Below, piece by piece: positions 52,026-64,000 of a DNA stretch of 64,000 nucleotides; within the stretch, counting starts at the first letter, position 1, and the number at the start of each line of letters is the position of its first letter. The DNA is from Macrostomum lignano (Eukaryota). The DNA is taken from the NCBI GenBank assembly GCA_002269645.1, contig NIVC01001183.1, forward strand, positions 62,001 to 126,000, in the 5' to 3' direction. The notes beneath the pieces are model-generated. The model made no database searches and was not told the DNA's origin. It was given only the letters and a program-made list of their open reading frames with translations. Both the position numbers and the translations under genes were made by a program.

Positions 52026-52598
52026 GGGCTTTTCCGGGATTCGAATCCCAGGACTGCAAGCTTCAGGGACTTTTCCGGGATTCGAATCCCAGGACTGCAA
52101 GCTTCAGGGACTTTTCCGGGATTCGAATCCCAGGACTGCAAGCTTCAGGGACTTTTCCGGGATTCGAATCCCAGGACTGCAAGCTTCAGGGACTTTTCCG
52201 GGATTCGAATCCCAGGACTGCAAGCTTCAGGGACTTTTCCGGGATTCGAATCCCAGGACTGCAAGCTTCAGGGACTTTTCCGGGATTCGAATCCCAGGAC
52301 TGCAAGCTTCAGGGACTTTTCCGGGATTCGAATCCCAGGACTGCAAGCTTCAGGGACTTTTCCGGGATTCGAATCCCAGGACTGCAAGCTTCAGGGACTT
52401 TTCCGGGATTCGAATCCCAGGACTGCAAGCTTCAGGGACTTTTCCGGGATTCGAATCCCAGGACTGCAAGCTTCAGGGACTTTTCCGGGATTTGAATCCC
52501 AGGAATGCAAGCTTCAGGGACTTTTCCGGGATTCGAATCCCAGGACTGCAAGCTTCAGGGACTTTTCCGGGATTCGAATCTCAGGACTGCAAGCTTCA
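52026..52598. repeat. 41-bp minisatellite x14 with an internal 14-bp palindrome
   Basis: Unit CAGGGACTTTTCCGGGATTCGAATCCCAGGACTGCAAGCTT; period 41; no spacers. Confidence 0.98.
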
Positions 52599-53134
52599 CA
52601 GAAGCAGATAAATGGGCAGTCTAGTTTGCAGTCTTTGAATTTCGATATCCCGTAGTAAAATATGAGTCATTCGTGTTCAAAGCTATTTTTAGCTCAGACA
52701 GATGAGGGAACGCCTTTATTGTTAAGTCTTTTCTTTTCTCATAGTCTGCCGCGTCTGCCCTTATCAATTTTCTTAAATTTTATAGTGTTTTAACTTCAAC
52801 TTCAAAAGACTGTTTGTTGACTGGTGCACTGCCAGGCCATTGCTAAAAATAACAACTTCAATTAGTGACGTCAGTGTTGGGTAATTTCCATTGACAGCAA
52901 GCCTGGATCTTACGGAATCTGGCAGGACTTAAAATTTATTATCAGATTGTTAAATTAAATATATTGAAAAAAGCATGTCCCATACGTTGCAGCCTACTGT
53001 TTGCAAGTAAAATGTCTAGCGAATTAAAATAGTAAGCAGTACGAGCGTAGTCAATTGGTTACGGTTAAATAACACGAGTGAAAAAGTGGAACTTTCATAC
53101 TAAAAATATCATACTCATTATGGTTCAGTCGTCC

Positions 53135-53340
53135 CTTCAGACTTCAGACTTCAAGCTTCAGGCTTCAGACTTCAGGCTTCAGACTTCAGGCTTCAGACTT
53201 TCAGGCTTCAGACTTCAGGCTTCAGACTTCAGGCTTCAGACTTCAGGCTTCAGACTTCAGGCTTCAGACTTCAGGCTTCAGACTTCAGGCTTCAGGCTTC
53301 AGATTTCAGACTTCAGGCTTCAGGCGTCAGGCTTCAGGCG
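53135..53340. repeat. 14-bp minisatellite (CTTCAGGCTTCAGA), left block
   Basis: The same unit resumes at 55246 after the Penelope-like insertion. Confidence 0.96.
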
Positions 53341-53386
53341 TCACGTTTTTCTTTAATAATACCAAATTACAATTTATTAATCTTCG

Positions 53387-53426
53387 CCGCGACATGTTTC
53401 GCCGAACAATCGGCATCTTCAGGCAA
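53387..53426 (-). ncRNA. Minimal type I hammerhead ribozyme of the PLE
   Basis: Minus strand reads UUGC-CUGAAGA-U-GCCGA-UUGU-UCGGC-GAAA-CAU-GUC-GCGG: full core, 5-bp stem II, palindromic ACAUGU stem III, GUC cleavage triplet (53393-53391) and short stem I. AATAAA follows ~15 nt downstream. Confidence 0.8.
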
Positions 53427-53511
53427 AATATAGATGCAGAGAGATGGTAAATTTTTAAGTCTAGTAAGCCAAAATGATGCAAGTATGGGTAGCAGAGTTA
53501 GATGGCCCTAA

Positions 53512-53922
53512 CAACAACAACAACAACAAAATACGCTGTCAGGATGGCAAAAGTCAGCGTCATAGGGCGCGCTTCATGGCTTGGGCGCGAACAAAGGCCG
53601 CGCCACCGGCAGAGTGTCCGGGGCGCCGGCGTCAGCCAGCAGACAGTCGACGTAACGCCGAGTTCGCGCTTGACCTCGCCGGTAGGGTGCCTGTAGCGTG
53701 AGCAGCAGCACCTCCTGCACCGGCTGTGAGCAGTACGACTCGGCGCGGATGAGATGGCCTGCGAGCTGGAGTCGCCGGCGGCGCAGCAGATCACTTGGAC
53801 GTGGCAGGCCAGCGCGGCGATAGAGTGCCGCGTTGTTGACTCGCTCGACGCCGATGTTGAAGGCGGCGCGCAGCAGGCCAGCGTGCGCCGCATCGACTTG
53901 CTGTTCGAGTGAGTCCGTCAGC
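53512..53922 (-). mobile_element. 5'-truncated non-LTR retrotransposon (RTE-like) 3' end nested in the PLE
   Basis: A frame not shown in the ORF track reads LTDSLEQQVDAAHAGLLRAAFNIGVERVNNAALYRRAGLPRPSDLLRRRRLQLAGHLIR... (stop 53576-53574), then a (TTG)n tail. 8-bp TSD GGCCCTAA at 53504-53511 and 53923-53930. Confidence 0.85.
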
Positions 53923-55245
53923 GGCCCTAAATAAGAGGCAAGCGCATGGGGTCAGAACACCCTTAGATGGACACTCGCCCCTCTACCACCAAGTTGGATG
54001 TTCATGGTGAGCTTTAGCTGTTTAATGTACAACGCCTCAAGAGTAGACAACTTCAAACTCTGGCGGTTACGATCGATAATTTCAAATTTCTCCGCATGTC
54101 TAACTTTAGCGCATTGGTTGCACATCAGGAGGTGGTCGTACACAGCGCTAGCTCTTGTACAATGCTCCTTAACCCTTGTGTGTAGGTGCCTTTCAGTTTT
54201 ACCTATGTAAAACCGGCGTAGCTCAGCAAGGTTTTCGGTACACTGCACTTGAGTCTTTGCACGTATTGCGACACCTTCGTAGTATAAAACACAGGGAAGA
54301 CCTTAGTGTTCAGGTGGGTATGTATGACAGATGGCCGTTATTTTACGGCAAAACCTAAGGCTAGGCAGCCTGATGTATGGCACTTGAATGATATTGGAAG
54401 GGGAGTCTCTGTCGTTCTTAACATTTTCCATGGTGTCAATTTTCTTGTTCATTTTCTTGTTCAAGAATTCCTTAATTTCAGCGTCAATCAGCTGGTCAGG
54501 ATAGTTGTTAGATCTGAAGATCTCTTTGATCTGAGTCAGCTCTTTATGCAGCGTAAGCCACGAGCTGCACACCCATAGCACAACAGTCTTTCTGCCAGTA
54601 GAGGTGCTCACGATACATGAACAGGCCATTGGTACTAAACTTGAGCAGCTTGAAACCCTGGATGCACCGTTCATTTTTAAGCACAGGACGTCCGTCACTA
54701 ATGTTATCAGAACATTCCACCATGGAAGATGGACACTCGCCCCTCTACCACCAAGTGACGGACATCCTGTGCTTAAAAATGAACGATGCATCCAGGGTTT
54801 CCTGCGCAAGCATCTGCTTAAGTCTGACCCCACTGAAATTTACAAACGCATTTATCCGAAGGGAAGCCAAGCGGGCCAGCTATACGGAACCTGTAAGGTC
54901 CACAAGCCAGACTTTCCTATCCGCCCCATAGTTTCTATGGTCGGGACCGCCGAATATCATCTCGCTAAGTACCTGGACTCTGTAATCAAACCTGTCATTC
55001 CATCCAAATACATGCTTACTTCTTCTAATGACTTTATCAAGGCCACTAAGAACTTTAAATTGACCAATGACCAGACTATGATTATAGCTTTGCCGTCAAA
55101 TCGCTGTTTACGAACGTTCCCATTGATTTTGCGATCAACCTTGCCTGTAGATCCGTTTACTGTGAGGACTCTCCTATACTCGTTCCTTTTAGTGAGGATA
55201 TTTTCCGTAAGCTGCTCAAGTTTAGTACCAATGGCCTGTTCATGT

Positions 55246-55559
55246 AGACTTCAGGCTTCGGACTTCAGGCTTTAGACTTCAGGCTTCAGAATTCAAGCTT
55301 CAGACTTCAGGCTTCAGACTTCAGGCTTCAGACTTCAGGCTTCAGACTTCAGGCTTCAGACTTCAGGCTTCAGACTTCAGGCTTCAGACTTCAGGCTTCA
55401 GACTTCAGGCTTCAGACTTCAGGCTTCAGACTTCAGGCTTCAGACTTCAGGCTTCAGACTTCAGGCTTCAGACTTCAGGCTTCAGACTTCAGGCTTCAGA
55501 CTTCAGGCTTCAGACTTCAGGCTTTAGACTTCAGGCTTCAGACTTCAGGCTTTAGACTT
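55246..55559. repeat. 14-bp minisatellite, right block
   Basis: Direct. Confidence 0.97.
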
Positions 55560-56149
55560 TCTTATTTACCCTTTAATGTAAAATCTAAGTAAGTATTCAA
55601 TGGCAAGGACATGAATAGTATGTAATAGGGTAGTATGTAATGGTAGTCCAGTTGAACACTTAAACTATACTAGGGATAGAATAGCAAATAATATGGGTTT
55701 ACGAAGTAGGTGTTTAAATTTGTAAATTTCGAAACAGCAACATCTAACATAAAGTTAATGGTATAACAGTAAAACAAATGTTGATAATGCAACTTACAAA
55801 ATTGAGTTAAGAGAAATTACCCGACAAAAGTAAAAAGTTATTAGTGAATAATAATTAACAATACATAAAAATAGTGAAAAGCATTGAAAAAAGCTGAAAC
55901 TGTGCAATTTTTTAACGTCGATAAATCTGCATGTTTAAAGATGGTAAGGCATTATGACAAGATAAATGGGTGTTGTGGAGAGTACAACAGAGAAACGGGA
56001 CTAAAATTTATTAAAACGACATATTAATTAAATACAACAGTAGCGAGTCACGGCTCACTCACATCCTTTATTAGGAACTTTTGTGAAGTCTCAAGACATC
56101 CAGACTATAATAATGTCGATTAGTATCAGAGTAATATTTATGGCCTTGG

Positions 56150-56525
56150 CGTTGCTCAGAAGCATGAAGTGCTCAGAAGCCTGAAGTGCTCAGAAGCCTG
56201 AAGTGCTCAGAAGCCTGAAGTGCTCAGAAGCCTGAAGTGCTCAGAAGCCTGAAGTGCTCAGAAGCCTGAAGTGCTCAGAAGCCTGAAGTGCTCAGAAGCC
56301 TGAAGTGCTCAGAAGCCTGAAGTGCTCAGAAGCCTGAAGTGCTCAGAAGCCTGAAGTGCTCAGAAGCCTGAAGTGCTCAGAAGCCTGAAGTGCTCAGAAG
56401 CCTGAAGTGCTCAGAAGCCTGAAGTGCTCAGAAGCCTGAAGTGCTCAGAAGCCTGAATGAAGTGCTCAGAAGCCTGAATGAAGTGCTCAGAAGCCTGAAT
56501 TGCTCAGAAGCCTGAAGTGCTAAGA
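56150..56525. repeat. 17-bp minisatellite (GCTCAGAAGCCTGAAGT)
   Basis: About 21 copies, ~58 bp after the GPCR stop. Confidence 0.97.
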
Positions 56526-56582
56526 AGTCTTGTCGTTCAAAATTCTCATTTTCATCACACCTTTCCAACCCTTCCGTTCAGT

Positions 56583-59135
<2,553 letters not shown>

Positions 59136-59682
59136 AATTTTTAATCCAAACAAAGAATAATGCTTATTTTCCTTGGGATTTTTCTGCAGAGTTGTAGATT
59201 ATTCTTTCTGGGCAAGCTGCAGCCGGGATTAATATCTTTTCCTTGTAGCAGCAAGAGGCAGGCAGAGAAAGCGTGACGCCCTTCAGCCATTGACGGATCT
59301 CACAGGGTGAGGGGAGCTGGCAGAGTCAATCCAGTGCGAATTTCCTACGAAAGGCGTGCAGTGAATTGCGGGTATTTAAAATTCCAATCTGATTGATCTA
59401 CGAGCTAAGCTCTGCAGCTAAAGCAGAAATCATTTCTTTTTCTTTTACGCGCGTAATCCCTATTTTGTTGAAGCAGAAAATTGTGTCGATATCTGTTTCA
59501 GAAATGCTTCAAATCAGTCGGTAAAATTACATGGTTTCAATTTTTAGCAAAGTTTTAATGGTCCATAGATGGTTGTTGCTGGTTAATTATGAAAGGTACC
59601 CTTCTCTTTGCTTTTAAGTTCCAGCTTTTTGTGATGCGCTTCCTGTGTGGCGATTCACAATCAGTAATTTGGCTTAATACTC

Positions 59683-59882
59683 CGACACTTCACCTGCTTC
59701 CGTTGCCGTCTCCGACACTTCTCCTGCTTCCATTGCCGTCACTGACACTTCTCCTGCTTCCATTGCCGTCACTGACACTTCTCCTGCTTCCATTGCCGTC
59801 ACTGACACTTCTCCTGCTTCCATTGCCGTCACTGACACTTCTCCTGCTTCCATTGCCGTCACTGACACTTCTCCTGCTTCCA
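59683..59882. repeat. 30-bp minisatellite (ACACTTCTCCTGCTTCCATTGCCGTCACTG)
   Basis: About 6.5 copies. Confidence 0.96.
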
Positions 59883-60494
59883 GATATTTTTTCGGGTTTT
59901 TCATCATTAGTTGCTAACTTATCACTATTCCCTATTTAAAAGTTATTTACGAGCATAATATCGACAAAACCATTATTTAAATTAATTTACAGAGTTGCTT
60001 CGGTCTGCTCATCGGTCCGTAAGCTCGCCTATTGATCTTATGGTGACAAGGAATCCGAGTTCTTTCAGACAGCAGAGTTGGCTCATTGTAAAATTGCTAT
60101 CCTTGGCATGCACTGACTAGCAAGTTAGTAGTCTGAAATTAGCTGGGAAACTTCGCAAATATTTACCATTATTTACCATAACTATGCCTGAAAAAGAGAG
60201 GATTAGCAGATAGGTGCTTGCTGCAAATTGATGATGAAGAGGAGAAAGTCAACTCTGCCTTAGAAACGTTGGTTGAAAGTCTTTCTCAAGATATAATTTT
60301 CCTATTGACAACATTTAATATGATAAAACTAAACGAATTCTGAATTCCTTGTCCAGAACATCAGACCAAAAAAAATTGCAAAAAATCATCAGGAAGATCT
60401 CGACTACTATTAGTAGTACAGTATCGTTCAAATTTTAAAACTGGAGATGATTTTACATGTAATTTACGAAATTATTCCCAAGGAAATTGACGCT

Positions 60495-62385
60495 TGAGAG
60501 ATTCTTCAAGAGGCAGATTCTCAAGCAGGGGGAGCGGAGAGGCAGATTCTCAAGCACTGAGGGAGCGGAGAGGCAGATTCTCAAGCACTGAGGGAGCGGA
60601 GAGGCAGATTCTCAAGCACTGAGGGAGCGGAGAGGCAGATTCTCAAGCACTGAGGGAGCGGAGAGGCAGATTCTCAAGCAGGGGGGAGCGGAGAGGCAGA
60701 TTCTCAAGCACCGAGGGAGAGCGGAGAGGCAGATTCTCAAGCACTGAGGGAGCGGAGAGGCAGATTCTCAAGCACCGAGGGAGAGCGGAGAGGCAGATTC
60801 TCAAGCACTGAGGGAGCGGAGAGGCAGATTCTCAAGCACCGAGGGAGAGCGGAGAGGCAGATTCTCAAGCACTGAGGGAGCGGAGAGGCAGATTCTCAAG
60901 CACTGAGGGAGCGGAGAGGCAGATTCTCAAGCAGGGGGGGAGCGGAGAGGCAGATTCTCAAGCACTGAGGGAGCGGAGAGGCAGATTCTCAAGCACCGAG
61001 GGAGCGGAGAGGCAGATTCTCAAGCACCGAGGGAGAGCGGAGAGGCAGATTCTCAAGCACTGAGGGAGCGGAGAGGCAGATTCTCAAGCACCGAGGGAGA
61101 GCGGAGAGGCAGATTCTCAAGCACTGAGGGAGCGGAGAGGCAGATTCTCAAGCACTGAGGGAGCGGAGAGGCAGATTCTCAAGCACCGAGGGAGCGGAGA
61201 GGCAGATTCTCAAGCAGGGGGAGCGGAGAGGCAGATTCTCAAGCACCGAGGGAGAGCGGAGAGGCAGATTCTCAAGCACTGAGGGAGCGGAGAGGCAGAT
61301 TCTCAAGCACCGAGGGAGAGCGGAGAGGCAGATTCTCAAGCACTGAGGGAGCGGAGAGGCAGATTCTCAAGCACCGAGGGAGAGCGGAGAGGCAGATTCT
61401 CAAGCACTGAGGGAGCGGAGAGGCAGATTCTCAAGCACTGAGGGAGCGGAGAGGCAGATTCTCAAGCAGGGGGGGAGCGGAGAGGCAGATTCTCAAGCAC
61501 TGAGGGAGCGGAGAGGCAGATTCTCAAGCACCGAGGGAGCGGAGAGGCAGATTCTCAAGCACTGAGGGAGCGGAGAGGCAGATTCTCAAGCACTGAGGGA
61601 GCGGAGAGGCAGATTCTCAAGCACTGAGGGAGCGGAGAGGCAGATTCTCAAGCACTGAGGGAGAGCGGAGAGGCAGATTCTCAAGCACTGAGGGAGCGGA
61701 GAGGCAGATTCTCAAGCACCGAGGGAGAGCGGAGAGGCAGATTCTCAAGCACTGAGGGAGCGGAGAGGCAGATTCTCAAGCACCGAGGGAGAGCGGAGAG
61801 GCAGATTCTCAAGCACTGAGGGAGCGGAGAGGCAGATTCTCAAGCACCGAGGGAGCGGAGAGGCAGATTCTCAAGCACTGAGGGAGCGGAGAGGCAGATT
61901 CTCAAGCACTGAGGGAGCGGAGAGGCAGATTCTCAAGCACCGAGGGAGAGCGGAGAGGCAGATTCTCAAGCACTGAGGGAGCGGAGAGGCAGATTCTCAA
62001 GCACTGAGGGAGCGGAGAGGCAGATTCTCAAGCAGGGGGGAGCGGAGAGGCAGATTCTCAAGCACCGAGGGAGAGCGGAGAGGCAGATTCTCAAGCAGGG
62101 GGGGAGCGGAGAGGCAGATTCTCAAGCACCGAGGGAGAGCGGAGAGGCAGATTCTCAAGCACTGAGGGAGCGGAGAGGCAGATTCTCAAGCACCGAGGGA
62201 GAGCGGAGAGGCAGATTCTCAAGCACTGAGGGAGCGGAGAGGCAGATTCTCAAGCACTGAGGGAGCGGAGAGGCAGATTCTCAAGCACTGAGGGAGCGGA
62301 GAGGCAGATTCTCAAGCACCGAGGGAGCGGAGAGGCAGATTCTCAAGCACTGAGGGAGCGGAGAGGCAGATTCTCAAGCACTGCC
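60495..62385. repeat. ~31-bp minisatellite (GAGGGAGCGGAGAGGCAGATTCTCAAGCACT)
   Basis: About 60 copies with recurring length variants. Confidence 0.98.
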
Positions 62386-62879
62386 GAGAGGAAGAGGTGG
62401 AGAGTCCCGTGAGATGCAACACGAACTGAGTGCACACACTGAATGTATGTATCCATTTAAGCAGGAGCTATATAGCTTGTATTTGGTCCAAAACAGACAG
62501 TATTGTATGGAGACTCCCTCCAGTGGTTTTTTGTAGCAACAAGCGAAAATGATGTTTATACATACATGTAGATAATAATTTCCTTTGATCTCGCCGCTTA
62601 TACGAAATAACAAAACTTTCTGACCTGAGTTCGCGTCGCTTTGCCTGTTGTTATGATAAGATCCCTCCGTCCCCTGTGCCTTCTCATTCAGGGTCAAATG
62701 CTCGCAGACTAAGGGCAAGAAAACTCGAATTTTGACCCCTACAGAATTGCACACGAGGTCGCGCGCTTCTGCGAGTATACTCATGTTTGCCAAACATGAC
62801 TATTTTGATCTTTTTTACAGGAACAAACCAGCTCGTAGAATGTGTATTTAATTGATTAAATCTACTTCTTGCAATGTAA

Positions 62880-63790
62880 CTTAAGACTCTTTCTCATCCC
62901 CAATCTCTGACTCTTATTCATCTCCAATCTCTGACTCTTATTTATCTCCAATCTCTGACTCTTATTCATCTCCAATCTCAGACTCTTATTCATCTCCAAT
63001 CTCTGACTCTTATTCATCTCCAATCTCTGACTCTTATTCATCTCCAATCTCTGACTCTTATTCATCTCCAATCTCTGACTCTTATTCATCTCCAATCTCT
63101 GACTCTTATTCATCTCCAATCTCTGACTCTTATTCATCTCCAATCTCTGACTCTTATTCATCTCCAATCTCTGACTCTTATTCATCTCCAATCTCTGACT
63201 CTTATTCATCTCCAATCTCTGACTCTTATTCATCTCCAATCTCTGACTCTTATTCATCTCCAATCTCTGACTCTTATTCATCTCCAATCTCTGACTCTTA
63301 TTCATCCCCAATCTCTGACTCTTATTCATCTCCCGTCACAGAATCTTTCTTATCTCCAATCTCAGGCTCTTTCTTATCTCCAATCTCAGACTCTTTCTTA
63401 TCTCCAATCTCAGGCTCTTTCTTATCTCCAATCTCAGGCTCTTTCTTATCTCCAATCTCAGGCTCTTTCTTATCTCCAATCTCAGGCTCTTTCTTATCTC
63501 CAATCTCAGACTCTTTCTTATCTCCAATCTCAGGCTCTTTCTTATCTCCAATCTCAGACTCTTTCTTATCTCCAATCTCTGACTCTTATTCATCTCCAAT
63601 CTCTGACTCTTTCTTATCTCCAATCTCAGATTCTTACTCATCTTCAATCTCAGACTCTTTCTCATCTCCAATCTCAGATTCTTACTCATCTCCACTCTCA
63701 GAATCTTTCTTATCTTCAATCTCAGACTCTTTCTCATCTCCAATCTCAGAATCTTTCTTATCTTCAATCTCAGACTCTTTCCCATCTCCC
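62880..63790. repeat. 24-bp minisatellite (ATCTCCAATCTCTGACTCTTATTC) with a sequence gradient
   Basis: Homogeneous block to ~63330, variant block after. Confidence 0.97.
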
Positions 63791-64000
63791 TTCTAGGCAG
63801 CCTCATGAATGATACAACTGTAGTTAAGGAGCCAGTCACGAAAGCAACGCAACAAAACAGAACTAACTGCCTTTCATATACCGCTCGATCTGTTCTTTAT
63901 TTTGTTTCGATAATTTTGGCCTGACCCACTTGCGGGACATTCGTGACATTTGATTGTGACTCCTTTACAACCGCTGGGACAGCAAAGGTTGAGCCGACAA

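Larger units (their letters stand above)
53341..55246. mobile_element. Rearranged, inactive Penelope-like element (PLE) inserted in the 14-bp satellite
   Basis: GIY-YIG end on the minus strand (YIGKTERHLHTRVKEH, 53952-54248); thumb/linker on the minus strand (54303-54560); RT N-terminal half on the plus strand (GQLYGTCKVHKPDFPIRPIVS, SFAVKSLFTNVP, 54754-55246); 3' region with a hammerhead motif. Confidence 0.9.

Noticed and set aside
52026-52598. Palindromic 41-bp repeats as a CRISPR array
   Set aside because: Head-to-tail units with no unique spacers, no cas genes, and a eukaryotic context.
62374-62793. 139-aa minus-strand ORF between two satellites
   Set aside because: No motif, AT-rich second half, and no partner exon identifiable; may hide an exon but is unsupported.

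Overview
Eukaryotic (animal) genomic DNA with GC-rich exons, AT-rich spacers and GT-AG introns. About 35-40% of the window (hand estimate) is micro- and minisatellite, in about 40 arrays. The composition resembles the flatworm Macrostomum, which is an unverified inference. Six host genes could be reconstructed by hand-splicing: (1-2) a head-to-head pair of secreted PAN/Apple + LamG-like paralogs whose single introns sit at different positions; (3) an intronless Toll-type LRR transmembrane receptor with no TIR domain; (4) a small, possibly myristoylated orphan protein; (5) a 3-exon Ig-like/mucin/TM receptor with an ITIM-like motif; (6) a 2-exon class A GPCR lacking the DRY, Y5.58 and NPxxY switches. 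Mobile DNA: a very young Ty3/Gypsy element (identical 181-bp LTRs, GCTA TSD, -1 frameshift signal with pseudoknot) inside a 22-bp satellite; a rearranged Penelope-like element carrying a minimal hammerhead ribozyme and a nested RTE-like LINE 3' end; a dead Tc1/mariner; two hAT-type MITEs; a tRNA-derived SINE family; and a ~580-bp fold-back element. A different minisatellite starts within ~120 bp after every host stop codon. Most long ORFs in the supplied track are repeat artefacts. No rRNA, intact tRNA or CRISPR array was seen. All calls come from reading the sequence; no searches were run.
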